Assembly (NCBI GenBank): GCA_964291495.2
Contig: OZ219871.1
Coordinates: forward strand, 352,001-416,000
DNA: 64,000 nt
Reading direction: 5' to 3'
Origin: Dehalococcoidia bacterium
GTDB lineage: Bacteria > Chloroflexota > Dehalococcoidia > UBA2979
In this document: in pieces, positions 1 through 9,308 of the stretch
Layout of the letters: every line of letters begins with the position of its first letter
How positions within the stretch are numbered: position 1 is the stretch's first letter
Made by a program: the position numbers and the translations under genes
Notes under the pieces: model-generated
What the model was told of the DNA's origin: nothing
The model's database searches: none
Seen by the model: only the letters and a program-made list of their open reading frames with translations

Positions 1-1158
1 GAGCTCTCGCTCTCCTCGCTGGTCCAGCGCGAGGGCATCACAGTGCTGGAGCACGCGCTCGCCGAGCGGCTGATCGTCGCCGACGGGCGCGCGATCGGCG
101 CCGACGTGCTCTGCGCCGACGACGGCGCACGACTGCGCTGCGAGGCGGACACGGTCGTCCTCGCGACCGGCGGGGCGGGCCAGGTCTACCGCGTGACGAC
201 GAACCCGCCGATCGCGACCGGGGACGGGATCGCGCTCGCCTTCCGCGCGGGGGCCGAGGTCCAGGACATGGAGTTCACGCAGTTCCACCCGACGGCGCTG
301 CGGCTGCCGGGCCAGCCCTCGTTCCTGATCTCCGAGGCGGTGCGCGGCGAGGGCGCCCTGCTGTTCGATACCGCGGGGCGGCGCTTCATGGCGGACCTCG
401 ACCCGGCGGCGGAGCTGGCGCCGCGCAACATCGTCGCGCTGGCGGAGCTGGCGCAGATGCGCGCGACCGGCAGCGATCACGTGCTGCTCGACATCACGCA
501 CCGCGAGGCCTCGTGGCTCGCCGCACGCTTCCCAAACATCTACCGCACCTGCCTCGCCGCCGGCCTCGACATGGCGCGCGACCGCATCCCGGTCTCACCG
601 GCCGCGCACTACACGATGGGCGGCGTGCGCACCGACACGTGGGGCCGCACGACGCTGCCCGGCCTCTACGCGGTCGGCGAGGTGACCTGCACCGGCGTGC
701 ACGGCGCGAACCGCCTCGCCAGCAACTCCCTGCTCGAATCGGTCGTCTTCGCCCACCGCCTCGTCGACGCGCTCTACGGCGGCCCCCTCCCCGAGGGCGA
801 AAGCGAGCCGCCGGCGCTCAGCGAGGACGCGCAGACGCTGGATGCCGGGGCGGCTGGTCCCGCCTCGGAGGCGCCATCGCGCGAGGACGTGCGGGCGCTG
901 ATGTGGAGCGAGGCCGGCCTCGAGCGCGAGGGCGAGCGCCTGCGCGCTGCCGCCGCGCAACTCGCCGCCTGGGAGGGCACGCTGCCCGACCCGCGCACGC
1001 GCGAGGAGCACGAGGTGGCCTCGCTGCTCACGTGCGGGCGGCTGATCACGGAGGCCGCGCTGCTGCGCGAGGAGTCGCGCGGCGCGCACTACCGGCGGGA
1101 CTTCCCGGAGCAGCGGCCGGAGTGGCGGCGGCGGCTCGTGTTCCGCGCGCTCGCCTAG
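1..1158 (+). CDS. nadB: L-aspartate oxidase (5' truncated by window edge)
   Basis: Motifs VVLATGG, TTNPPIATGDG, MEFTQFHPT, LISEAVRGEG, ELAPR, AHYTMGG, GVHGANRLASNSLLE, REESRGAH; upstream of nadC; frame open from base 1. Confidence 0.95.
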   Translation, partial: ELSLSSLVQREGITVLEHALAERLIVADGRAIGADVLCADDGARLRCEADTVVLATGGAGQVYRVTTNPPIATGDGIALAFRAGAEVQDMEFTQFHPTALRLPGQPSFLISEAVRGEGALLFDTAGRRFMADLDPAAELAPRNIVALAELAQMRATGSDHVLLDITHREASWLAARFPNIYRTCLAAGLDMARDRIPVSPAAHYTMGGVRTDTWGRTTLPGLYAVGEVTCTGVHGANRLASNSLLESVVFAHRLVDALYGGPLPEGESEPPALSEDAQTLDAGAAGPASEAPSREDVRALMWSEAGLEREGERLRAAAAQLAAWEGTLPDPRTREEHEVASLLTCGRLITEAALLREESRGAHYRRDFPEQRPEWRRRLVFRALA

Positions 1159-1187
1159 GCCGCCGTCGTGACTCCGGCGCCACGCCT

Positions 1188-1500
1188 CCCCCTCCGGCCC
1201 CCTCTCCGCGGGGAGAGGGTGGGGGTGAAGGGGAGGACTCCCGCGCCCCTTCGAGAGCCCCGATGGCGCAACGAAACTCCAGAGGGCGGGCCCTCCCTCA
1301 CCGTGACCCCCTCCCCGCGGAGACCCTTGCGAAACTCCCACAAGCCGGATCCGGCCCCCTCTCCCTGGGGAGAGGGCGGGGGCGAGGGGGAGGACTCCCG
1401 CGCCCCTTCGAAAGCCCCGACGGCGCAACGAAACTCCGAGGGCGGACCCTCCCTCACCCTGACCCTCTCCCTTGGGGAGAGGGGACCGGAGGGGATGCGC
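1188..1500. repeat. REP/MITE-like palindromic element, tandem double copy (copy A)
   Basis: Alternating CCCTCACCC..CCCTCTCCC-Nx-GGGAGAGGG units; internal ~160-bp duplication; homologous to 21311-21516 and 57595-57765 in inverted orientation. Confidence 0.9.
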
Positions 1501-2172
1501 GCCCTGCTGTTCGACTTCGACCACACGCTCGCCGACCTCGGCTCGCACGTGCGCTGGGGCGACGCCCGGCGCGAGCAGCTGGCCTGGTACGAGGAGCGCG
1601 GCGTTCCCAGCGAGGCGCTCGGCTCCGGCGCCGTGAGCCTCTACGCGCGGGTCGCGGCCTCCCGCCTGCTGCCCGAAGCCACCCGCGAGGCGACGCTGCG
1701 CGGGGCCGCGGCGATCCTCGAGCGCTACGAGGGCGAGGCGATCGCGAAGACGCGCCTGCTGCCCGGCGTACGCGAGGCGCTGGGGACACTCGAAGGCTCC
1801 GGCCTGCTCGCGGGCGTCGTCAGCTCCAACTCGCGCGAGGTCGTGCGCGCCATCCTCGAACGGCAGGGAATAGCGGAACACTTCGCCGTCATCGTGGGCC
1901 GCGAGGACGTGCGGCTGCCCAAGCCCGCGCCCGAGGGCCTGTTGCTCGCCTGCGAGCGCCTCGGCGTCGCGCCGCACGAGGCCGTCTACGCCGGCGACAA
2001 CGTCGCCGACATCGAGGCCGCACGCGCCGCCGGGCTGCCCGCCTGCGGCGTGCGCGGCGGCGACTCCAGCGAGGAGGCGCTGTGGGAGGCGGGCGCGGCG
2101 GCGGTCCTCGATGGCGTCGAGCCGCTCGTCGCTGCCGTGCTGCATACCGCGCGCCCGGAGCGCGTCGCGTGA
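1495..2172 (+). CDS. HAD-family hydrolase (phosphoglycolate phosphatase-like)
   Basis: Motif I FDFDHTL, motif II VSSN, KP, motif IV GDNVAD; GGAGG RBS before ATG 1495; stop overlaps nadC start (GTGA). Confidence 0.88.
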   Translation: MRALLFDFDHTLADLGSHVRWGDARREQLAWYEERGVPSEALGSGAVSLYARVAASRLLPEATREATLRGAAAILERYEGEAIAKTRLLPGVREALGTLEGSGLLAGVVSSNSREVVRAILERQGIAEHFAVIVGREDVRLPKPAPEGLLLACERLGVAPHEAVYAGDNVADIEAARAAGLPACGVRGGDSSEEALWEAGAAAVLDGVEPLVAAVLHTARPERVA

Positions 2173-3050
2173 GCGGCGCGGCGGAGGGACTGCGGCCGCC
2201 GGACGGCGCCGCCCTGCGCGAGGCCGTCGCGCGCGCCCTCGCCGAGGACCGTGTCCTGCAGGACGTGACGACGCAGGCGACCGTGCCGCCGGACCAGTCG
2301 GGGCGCGGGACGCTGCTGATCAAGCAGGACGGCGTGCTCTGCGGGCTGGACCTGATTCGCGAGGTCTACCGCCAGCTCGGCGGTGTCGTGGCCCTCGAGG
2401 CGCTCGCCGCCGACGGCGACGCCGTCACCGCCGGGCAGGTCGTCGCGAAGCTCGGCGGGCCGCTCGCGGCGCTGCTCTCGGGCGAGCGGGTCGCGCTCAA
2501 CTTCCTGCAGCGGCTGAGTGGAACCGCGACGCTGACGCGCGCCTTCGTCGAGCGCGCCGCCGAGGGCGGAGCGGCGCGGATCACGGACACGCGCAAGACG
2601 ACGCCGGGGCTGCGCGCGCTGGAGCGCTACGCCGTCCGCGCCGGGGGCGGACACAACCACCGCGACACCCTCGCCGACGGCGTGCTGATCAAGGACAACC
2701 ACCTCGCCGCCGCCGCCGCGCGCGGGATCGCGCTGCCCGAGCTGCTGCGCGAGGCGCGCGAGCGCGCTCCGCACACCCACCGCATCGAGGTCGAGGCGCC
2801 CGATGTGGAGACGGCCCTGCTCGCGATCGAGGCGGGCGCGGACATCGTGATGCTCGACAACATGCCGGTCGCCGCAATGCGCGAGGCCGTCGAGGCGGCC
2901 GGCGGGCGCGCGGTGCTCGAGGCCTCGGGCGGGGTGAACCTCGAGACCGTGTGCGAGATCGCGGCGACGGGGGTGGACTTGATCTCGGTCGGGGCGCTGA
3001 CGCACTCCGCGCCGGCCCTCGACATCTCGCTGGAGGTGGAGCCGGGATGA
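2169..3050 (+). CDS. nadC: nicotinate-nucleotide diphosphorylase (carboxylating)
   Basis: GERVALNFLQRLSG, DTRKTTPGLR, LIKDNH, IEVE, MLDN, EASGG, ISVGALTHSA. Confidence 0.96.
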   Translation: MSGAAEGLRPPDGAALREAVARALAEDRVLQDVTTQATVPPDQSGRGTLLIKQDGVLCGLDLIREVYRQLGGVVALEALAADGDAVTAGQVVAKLGGPLAALLSGERVALNFLQRLSGTATLTRAFVERAAEGGAARITDTRKTTPGLRALERYAVRAGGGHNHRDTLADGVLIKDNHLAAAAARGIALPELLREARERAPHTHRIEVEAPDVETALLAIEAGADIVMLDNMPVAAMREAVEAAGGRAVLEASGGVNLETVCEIAATGVDLISVGALTHSAPALDISLEVEPG

Positions 3051-3586
3051 ACCAGGTGATCGTCATCTCGGGGCCGCCGGGGGCCGGCAAGAGCGCGGTC
3101 GCCGGGGCGATCTGCGAGCGCTTCGACCGCATGCTGCTGATCGAGGTCGACGAGCTGCGGCGCTGGGTCTGCGCCGGCTACCGCCGCCCCTGGGACGGCG
3201 ACGCGCAGGCCGAGGAGCAGCTGCGGCTCGGCGCGCGCGCCGCCTGCGCCGTCGCCCGCGAGGCAATCGCGACGCGCTACGCCGTCGCGATCTGCGACAT
3301 CGCCGACCCGGCACTGGCCGAGGTCTACCGCGATGCCCTCGAGGGCGTCGGCGCGGCGGTGCACTTCGTGACGCTGCTCCCCGACGTCCGGGCGACGCTT
3401 ACGCGCGGGGGCGAGGCGCAGGCCGAGCAGACGCGCGAAGTCCACGCACGGCTCAGCGCGGCGCACGAGGCCAGCGAGCTGCCCGGCGCGGTCCTCGACA
3501 GCTCCGAGGACGCGGACGCGTACTTCACCGCCGACCGCCTGCAGGAGCTGGTCGCGCGCGGCGAGGCGCTGCTGCTGCCGGAGTAG
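3047..3586 (+). CDS. small P-loop kinase / AAA-family protein
   Basis: N-terminal Walker A ISGPPGAGKS; ATGA overlap with nadC stop. Confidence 0.75.
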   Translation: MNQVIVISGPPGAGKSAVAGAICERFDRMLLIEVDELRRWVCAGYRRPWDGDAQAEEQLRLGARAACAVAREAIATRYAVAICDIADPALAEVYRDALEGVGAAVHFVTLLPDVRATLTRGGEAQAEQTREVHARLSAAHEASELPGAVLDSSEDADAYFTADRLQELVARGEALLLPE

Positions 3587-3604
3587 CGAGCCGCGAGCGG
3601 CTCC

Positions 3605-4048
3605 CTATGCCTCGCTATCGAGGGTGATCGTCACCGGGCCGTCGTTCGTGCTCTCGACCGCCATCATCGCGCCGAAGCGGCCCTCGGCGACCGTCACGCC
3701 GAGGGCGCGCAGCTCCGCGCAGACGGCCGCGACCAGCGGCTCGGCGTCCTCGGGCGGGGCGGCGTCGAAGAAGGAGGGGCGGCGGCCCTTGCGCGTGTCG
3801 GCGAGCAGCGTGAACTGCGAGACGATCAGCGCCGCGCCGCTCACGTCGAGCAGCGAGCGATCGATCGGGCGCGTGTCGCTCGGGAAGATCCGCAGCTCGG
3901 CGACCTTCTTCGCCAGCCACCGAGCCTGCGCCTCGCCGTCGCCCGCCGCGACGCCGACGTAGACGAGCAGGCCGCGCCCGATCTCGCCGCTGACTTCGCC
4001 TTCGACGGTGACGCGCGCCCGATCGACGCGCTGCACGACGGCTCGCAT
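3605..4048 (-). CDS. dtd: D-aminoacyl-tRNA deacylase
   Basis: [32 protein letters not shown]. Confidence 0.96.
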   Translation of the reverse strand: MRAVVQRVDRARVTVEGEVSGEIGRGLLVYVGVAAGDGEAQARWLAKKVAELRIFPSDTRPIDRSLLDVSGAALIVSQFTLLADTRKGRRPSFFDAAPPEDAEPLVAAVCAELRALGVTVAEGRFGAMMAVESTNDGPVTITLDSEA

Positions 4049-4065
4049 CGGGGGTCTCGAGGCGC

Positions 4066-4425
4066 CTAGTTGCTCTTGTCGCTGGAGCTGCGCGAGCCGC
4101 CGGTGGTGGTCTTCGCCTCGTCCGCCTTCTTCTTTGCGGCGACGGACTCTTTCCTGGCCTCGCGCTCGTTAGTTGCGGCCTCGGCGGCGAGCACACGGTC
4201 GGACTTCTCGGAATCGTCGCCCTCGGAGGTGGCGGGGGCGCGCTTCGAGGTAGAGCGGCTGTCGGTCTTGTACCAGCCGGAGCCCTTGAAGACGACGGGC
4301 GGGGCATGGATCACGCGCCGGGCGGTCTCCCCGCACTCGTCGCACGGCTGCTGCGCGGGCGAGCCGAAGGGCTCGCGCTTCTCGTAGCGATGGCCCTCGG
4401 CGCAGAGGTAGTCGTAGGTGGGCAC
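4066..4425 (-). CDS. FmdB-family zinc-ribbon protein
   Basis: (M)[27 protein letters not shown]; GTG start at 4425. Confidence 0.88.
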   Translation of the reverse strand: MPTYDYLCAEGHRYEKREPFGSPAQQPCDECGETARRVIHAPPVVFKGSGWYKTDSRSTSKRAPATSEGDDSEKSDRVLAAEAATNEREARKESVAAKKKADEAKTTTGGSRSSSDKSN

Positions 4426-4573
4426 GGCGGGGGAGTCTCCGTCGGGTCGTTCGCACGGCAACGCCGCAGGAAACGCTCCCGCGGCGTGCGAGTCAGTGTA
4501 CGTAAGGGCCGATCAGGCCACAAGCGGCGGAGCTACGGTCTCGAGTTGGCGCTCGCGTGGCGAGACCACAATC

Positions 4574-4972
4574 TCACTCGGTGGCGTCCGACCGGCTCAA
4601 TTGGCCGGGCCAGGCGAGGATCCGCTGATCTGCCGTGACGAGTTGATGGTTTTCGAGGGCCGTCGCGACGATCAGCCGATCGGCGGGGTCGCCATGCATG
4701 GCGGGCAGCAGGCCCGCGCGGGCCGCGATGCGGCCATCGACGGGTATCTCGACCAACCCCTGATTGATGAGGTCGCGGCGCCAGGCATCCAGGTTCAGGG
4801 CAAAGTCGAGATCGCCCTTCTGGACTCGCATGCCGATCTCCCAGAAGGAGATGGCCGACACTGCCGCCTCGCCCGCGTGTAGGGAGCGTTCGAGAAGTTG
4901 GCGAGTCCTGCGCCCAAGTCTCCGGTCGCCTTGCTCCTGCCACACCAGCACATGGGTGTCGAGCAGTATCAA
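4574..4972 (-). CDS. vapC: type II TA toxin, VapC/PIN domain
   Basis: LLDTHVLVW, VSAISFWE, HGDPADRLIVATA, LVTAD; TTG start overlapping antitoxin stop. Confidence 0.9.
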   Translation of the reverse strand: MILLDTHVLVWQEQGDRRLGRRTRQLLERSLHAGEAAVSAISFWEIGMRVQKGDLDFALNLDAWRRDLINQGLVEIPVDGRIAARAGLLPAMHGDPADRLIVATALENHQLVTADQRILAWPGQLSRSDATE

Positions 4973-5253
4973 AGCGGATCCTGCCCGGAGTGGGCAGCGT
5001 CTTCGAACCACTCCGCGGGCATCGGCTCGACGATGTCGCCAAGGATCTTGATCTTGTCCCGGTTCCGGCCGAACACCATGCTCGGCTTCTCCCGATAGGG
5101 TGCTAGCCGTGACACCGGACGACCGTTCTTGGTGATGACTATCTCCTCGCCGCTCTCGGCGACCTCGTCCATGAGCTTGAGACACCGGGCCTTGAACTCG
5201 GAGGCCTTGATCGTTCTCGGGCTCCCGCTGGACCAGCTGTCGGCTGACACCAT
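4969..5253 (-). CDS. type II TA antitoxin, Phd/YefM family
   Basis: IKASEFKARCLKLMDEV..GEEIVITKNGRPV. Confidence 0.9.
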   Translation of the reverse strand: MVSADSWSSGSPRTIKASEFKARCLKLMDEVAESGEEIVITKNGRPVSRLAPYREKPSMVFGRNRDKIKILGDIVEPMPAEWFEDAAHSGQDPL

Positions 5254-5282
5254 TGCTGTCTCCCGTTCCGCATCACCACCAT

Positions 5283-5303
5283 ACCATGGTCACGACCATG
5301 GTC
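5283..5303. promoter_or_regulatory. putative TA autoregulatory operator
   Basis: Two palindromes, ACCATGGT (5283-5290) and GACCATGGTC (5294-5303), just upstream of the antitoxin. Confidence 0.6.
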
Positions 5304-5410
5304 GCATCGCGGGCTGGGACGGAAGTCCACCGATCCGGTCTCGTAGTCCCCGCACGGGGCAGGCTTCCCAGGCGTCGCATGCCCGGTAGCCCCTGCGCCG
5401 GGCCTGTGGC

Positions 5411-5503
5411 TATACTCGGTGGCTCGCAGACACCGTCGCGAGAGGCGTGCGGCGGGCCGCCGACAGCCCGCCAGTTCGAGGCGTAACGCGCCGAGGGAGT
5501 GCC
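5411..5503 (+). promoter_or_regulatory. rpsB promoter -10 and structured rpsB leader
   Basis: TATACT at 5411-5416, GGCGGGC..GCCCGCC hairpin, GAGGGAG RBS; position of the S2 autoregulatory leader. Confidence 0.5.
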
Positions 5504-6349
5504 GTGAGCGCAGCCGCAACCATGAAGCAGATGCTGGAGGCCGGCGTCCATTTCGGACACCAGACCCGGCGCTGGAACCCGCGTATGCGGCCGTTCATCT
5601 ACACCGAGCGGCACGGCATCCACATCCTCGACCTCGCGCAGACCGTGCGGCGCTTCGATGAGGCGCTGCAGCAGGTGCGCGAGACCGTCTCGGCCGGCCA
5701 GACCGTGCTCTTCGTCGCCACCAAGAAGCAGGCCCGCGCCGTAATCCGCGCCGAGGCCGAGCGCTGCGGGATGCCGTACGTCACCAACCGCTGGCTGGGC
5801 GGCACGCTCACCAACTGGGCCACCATCTCGCGCCGCATCGAGTACCTGCGCGACCTCGAGGTGCGGATCGCATCCGGCGAGCACGAGGAGTTGCCCAAGC
5901 GCGAGCGGCTGCGGCTGGAGAAGCAGTTCAACCGCATGCAGCGCGCCTTTGGCGGCATCAGCACGCTGGAGCGGCCGCCGGGCATGCTCTTCGTCATCGA
6001 CGTGAAGCTCGAGGACATCGCCGTCCGCGAGGCGAACCGCACGAAGACCCCGATCGTCGCGATGTGCGACACGGACGCCGACCCGACGCTGATCGACTTC
6101 CCGGTTCCGGCCAACGACGACGCGATCCGCGCCATCCAGCTGGTCACGGGGCGCGTCGCCGACGCCGTCCTCGAGGGACGCGCCTTCGGCGAGGTCGAGC
6201 AGGAAGCGGCGGCCGCCGGCTCGGTGGCGATGATGCCGCCCGCGGAGGAGTCCGCACCCGCCGAGGCCGCCGTCGCCGTCGCCGAGGCCCCTGCCCCGGC
6301 GGCGCCGTCGCCGCCTGCGGACGGAGCGGCCGAGGCCGCCGAGCAGTAG
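5504..6349 (+). CDS. rpsB: 30S ribosomal protein S2
   Basis: MLEAGVHFGHQTRRWNP, RWLGGTLTN, PANDDAIRAI; Ala/Pro/Glu-rich tail. Confidence 0.97.
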   Translation: MSAAATMKQMLEAGVHFGHQTRRWNPRMRPFIYTERHGIHILDLAQTVRRFDEALQQVRETVSAGQTVLFVATKKQARAVIRAEAERCGMPYVTNRWLGGTLTNWATISRRIEYLRDLEVRIASGEHEELPKRERLRLEKQFNRMQRAFGGISTLERPPGMLFVIDVKLEDIAVREANRTKTPIVAMCDTDADPTLIDFPVPANDDAIRAIQLVTGRVADAVLEGRAFGEVEQEAAAAGSVAMMPPAEESAPAEAAVAVAEAPAPAAPSPPADGAAEAAEQ

Positions 6350-6410
6350 CGAACGAAGCCTGCCGCCCCGGCAGGCCACCCGACAGGTACAGCAGGACAA
6401 GGGAGCGGTT

Positions 6411-6929
6411 GTGGTCTCAGTCCAGGATGTGAAGCGGCTCCGCGAGGAGACCGGCGCCGGCGTGATGGACGCGAAGCGCGCGCTCGATCGGGCGGAGGGC
6501 GACTTCGATCGCGCCCGCTCGCTGCTGCGCGAGGAGGGCATCGCCGCCGCCGCGAAGCGCGCCGACCGCGCGACCAGCGAGGGCGTGATCGAGTCCTATA
6601 TCCACGCCGGCGGGCGCATCGGCGTGCTCGTCGAGCTGAACAGCGAGACGGACTTCGTCGCGCGCACGGAGCAGTTCCAGAACCTGGCGCACGACGTCGC
6701 GCTGCAGGTCGCCGCGATGAACCCGGACACGGTCGCCGTCGACGACCTGCCCGAGGACGTGCCGGAGAGCGAGCGCGAGCAGCGCGCGCTGCTCACCCAG
6801 CCGTTCATCAAGGAGCCGGGCAAGACCATCCAGCAGCTCGTCGAGGACACGATCTCGGCGACGGGCGAGAACATCCGCATCTCCCGCTTCATTCGCTACG
6901 AGATCGGCGGAGGGTCGCCGGCCGAGTAG
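6411..6929 (+). CDS. tsf: translation elongation factor Ts (short form)
   Basis: VKRLREETGAGVMDAK, EGVIESYIH, ELNSETDFVAR, GENIRISRF. Confidence 0.96.
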   Translation: MVSVQDVKRLREETGAGVMDAKRALDRAEGDFDRARSLLREEGIAAAAKRADRATSEGVIESYIHAGGRIGVLVELNSETDFVARTEQFQNLAHDVALQVAAMNPDTVAVDDLPEDVPESEREQRALLTQPFIKEPGKTIQQLVEDTISATGENIRISRFIRYEIGGGSPAE

Positions 6930-6985
6930 CGGATCGGGCGACGAACGGGGCCGGGCTCGCGCTCGTCCGGCCGGAGGAGGCGGCG

Positions 6986-7546
6986 GTGGACGTCGACGAA
7001 GTGCTGCTCGACGCCGACGACCGCATGGACAAGGCGGTGGAGTCGCTGCGCCAGGCGCTGGCGGCCGTGCGCACGGGCCGGGCCAACACCGCGATCGTCG
7101 AGCGCCTCCAGGTGTCCCACTACGACCAGGTGATGCCGCTCAACCAGCTCGCGACACTCGCCGCGCCGGAGCCGACGCTGGTCACCGTCCAGCCCTGGGA
7201 CAAGTCCGCGCTGCAACCGATCATGAAGGCGCTCCAGGCGAGCGACCTCGGGATCACGCCGAGCAACGACGGCACCACGATCCGGCTGCCGATCCCGCCG
7301 CTCACCGAGGAGCGCCGCCGCGAGCTGGTGAGGCTGGTGGGCGCGCGCTCCGAGGAAGGCAAGGTCGCGGTCCGCAACATCCGCCGCCAAGCCATCGACG
7401 AGCTGCGCAAGGCGCTGCGCTCGGGCGAGCTCTCCGAGGACGAGGAGCGCCGCGCGCTTACCGACGTCGAGGAGATCACCGGGGCGCACACGAAGCAGAT
7501 CGACGAGATTGGACAGCAAAAGGAGCAGGAGCTCCTCGAGATCTAG
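6986..7546 (+). CDS. frr: ribosome recycling factor
   Basis: RTGRAN, QPWDKS, LGITPSNDG, IPPLTEERR, VAVRNIRR. Confidence 0.97.
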   Translation: MDVDEVLLDADDRMDKAVESLRQALAAVRTGRANTAIVERLQVSHYDQVMPLNQLATLAAPEPTLVTVQPWDKSALQPIMKALQASDLGITPSNDGTTIRLPIPPLTEERRRELVRLVGARSEEGKVAVRNIRRQAIDELRKALRSGELSEDEERRALTDVEEITGAHTKQIDEIGQQKEQELLEI

Positions 7547-7675
7547 AGCCGCCGCCCGGCCGCCCGCGACGCCGCGGGGAATCGACGGACTTCGGATTGG
7601 CGACCCGCTCCGCGAGGGGAACTGACCTGATACGGTGCGAGGCGCAGGGCATGGAGCAGACCGGGGTGAAGCCGC

Positions 7676-8476
7676 ATGTCCGTGAGCCAGGCCGGGGGTC
7701 CAGCAAGCATGGTCGTTGAGCCCGCCGCGAGCGATGTCGCGAGTCCCGCGGACGAGGCGCTGCCCCGCCACGTCGCGATCATCATGGACGGCAACGGCCG
7801 CTGGGCGCGCGAGCGCGGACTGAGCCGCCAGCGCGGCCACCGCGCGGGCGCCGACCGCATCCGCGCCGTGGTCGAGCGCCTCGGCGAGCACGGCGTCCCG
7901 ATCGTCACGCTCTTCGCCTTCTCCACCGAGAACTGGGGGCGGCCTCGCGGCGAGGTGGACTACCTGATGCGCCTCGCCGGCCGCGTGATCGACCGCGAGC
8001 TGGACTCGCTCGACGAGGCGGGCATCCGCCTGCGCCACATCGGCGACCTCTCGCCGCTCCCGAACTCGCTCCAGCGGAAGGTGGAGGGCGCGGTCGCCCG
8101 GACCGCCGGGAACGACCGCATCACCGTCAACCTCGCCTTCAACTACGGTGGCCGCTCCGACATCGTCGGCGCGGTCCGGCAGTTGATCGCCGACGGCGTC
8201 GCGCCCGGTGACGTGGACTCGGAGGCGATCGCGAGCCGCCTCGCGACCGCCGAGCTGCCGGACCCGGATCTGTTGATCCGCACGGCCGGGGAGCGCAGGC
8301 TCTCCAACTTCCTGGTCTGGGAGTCGGCCTACAGCGAGTACTACTTCACCCCCACGCTCTGGCCGGACTTCGGGCCGCAGGACGTGGACGAGGCGCTTGG
8401 GGAGTACCGCCGCCGCCGCCGCCGCTTCGGGCTGGTCCCGGAACGCCAGGCGGAGCACGCGCACCCGGACGCCTGA
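7676..8476 (+). CDS. uppS: polyprenyl (undecaprenyl) diphosphate synthase
   Basis: HVAIIMDGNGRWA, FAFSTENWGRP, NYGGR, DLLIRTAGERRLSNF; start could be 7709. Confidence 0.95.
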   Translation: MSVSQAGGPASMVVEPAASDVASPADEALPRHVAIIMDGNGRWARERGLSRQRGHRAGADRIRAVVERLGEHGVPIVTLFAFSTENWGRPRGEVDYLMRLAGRVIDRELDSLDEAGIRLRHIGDLSPLPNSLQRKVEGAVARTAGNDRITVNLAFNYGGRSDIVGAVRQLIADGVAPGDVDSEAIASRLATAELPDPDLLIRTAGERRLSNFLVWESAYSEYYFTPTLWPDFGPQDVDEALGEYRRRRRRFGLVPERQAEHAHPDA

Positions 8477-8479
8477 CCC

Positions 8480-9265
8480 ATGCTGCGCATGCGGCTGCTG
8501 GTGGCGGCGATCGGGCTGCCGCTGCTGGCGCTCGTCATCGCGTTGCCCGAGCCCGTCTTCGCCGCCGCCATCTCGCTGTTGCTCGCAGCCGCCGCCGCCG
8601 AGATGTTCATCGCCGCCGCTGGCACGCGGCCCCTCTGGCAGCCGCTGGGCGCAGCCGCCGCGGCGGCCTTCGTCGCGCTCTGGATGCGCCAGGCGGCGGA
8701 GGGCTTCCCGCTCTGGACGCTGCTGCCGCTGCCCGCGATCGCGCTCTACGGCCTGCTGCGCCCCGGCCCTGGGCCGCGCCGCCTGCGCGAGGCCTGGTGG
8801 CTCGGCGCCGTCGCCTACATCGGCGTCCTCGGCGCGCACTGGCTGCTGCTGCGCGGGGAGCCCGAGGGCCAGCGCTGGCTGGTGGTGTTGCTCGGCGTCA
8901 CGATCGCCACCGACACCGGCGCCTACGCCGTCGGGAAGTGGCTCGGCCGCCACCCGCTCGCGCCGCGCATCTCGCCCGGCAAGACGCGCGAGGGCGCGAT
9001 CGGCGGCTTCCTCGCCGGCGCTGTCGCCGGCGCCGCGCTGCCGCTCGCGCTCGATCTCGAGGCCGAGGCAGCGGCGATCGGAGCGATCGCCGTGCTGCTG
9101 CCGATCGCGGCGCAGGCGGGCGACCTGCTGGAGTCGGCGCTGAAGCGGCGGATCGGCGTGAAGGACAGCTCCGGGCTGCTGCCGGGGCACGGCGGGCTGC
9201 TCGACCGGATGGACTCCCAGTTGCTCGCGGGGTCGTTGCTATACTGGGTGTTGCAGTGGCTCTAG
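8480..9265 (+). CDS. cdsA: phosphatidate cytidylyltransferase
   Basis: Multi-TM; DTGAY, ISPGKTREG, GDLLESALKR..GVKDS..LPGHGGLLDRMDS. Confidence 0.95.
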   Translation: MLRMRLLVAAIGLPLLALVIALPEPVFAAAISLLLAAAAAEMFIAAAGTRPLWQPLGAAAAAAFVALWMRQAAEGFPLWTLLPLPAIALYGLLRPGPGPRRLREAWWLGAVAYIGVLGAHWLLLRGEPEGQRWLVVLLGVTIATDTGAYAVGKWLGRHPLAPRISPGKTREGAIGGFLAGAVAGAALPLALDLEAEAAAIGAIAVLLPIAAQAGDLLESALKRRIGVKDSSGLLPGHGGLLDRMDSQLLAGSLLYWVLQWL

Positions 9266-9308
9266 CCACCGGCCCGGCCCTGCTCGCGGCGCACGGTTGG
9301 AGGTCCGC

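Noticed and set aside
1168-1494. 109-aa N-terminal extension of the HAD protein (PSLTLTLSLGERG)
   Set aside because: It is a translation of the palindromic repeat; the same peptide appears in spurious ORFs at copies B and C.
1188-1500. Repeat cluster as a CRISPR array
   Set aside because: Units alternate in orientation, spacers are homologous to each other, and there are no cas genes.
513-2168. Long N-terminal extension of the 845-aa ORF that ends in nadC
   Set aside because: Out-of-frame shadow of nadB and the HAD gene in GC-rich DNA; NadC homology starts at GTG 2169.
6411-6929. Short EF-Ts as a pseudogene
   Set aside because: Short-form EF-Ts is normal in several phyla, and its motifs and C-terminus are intact.
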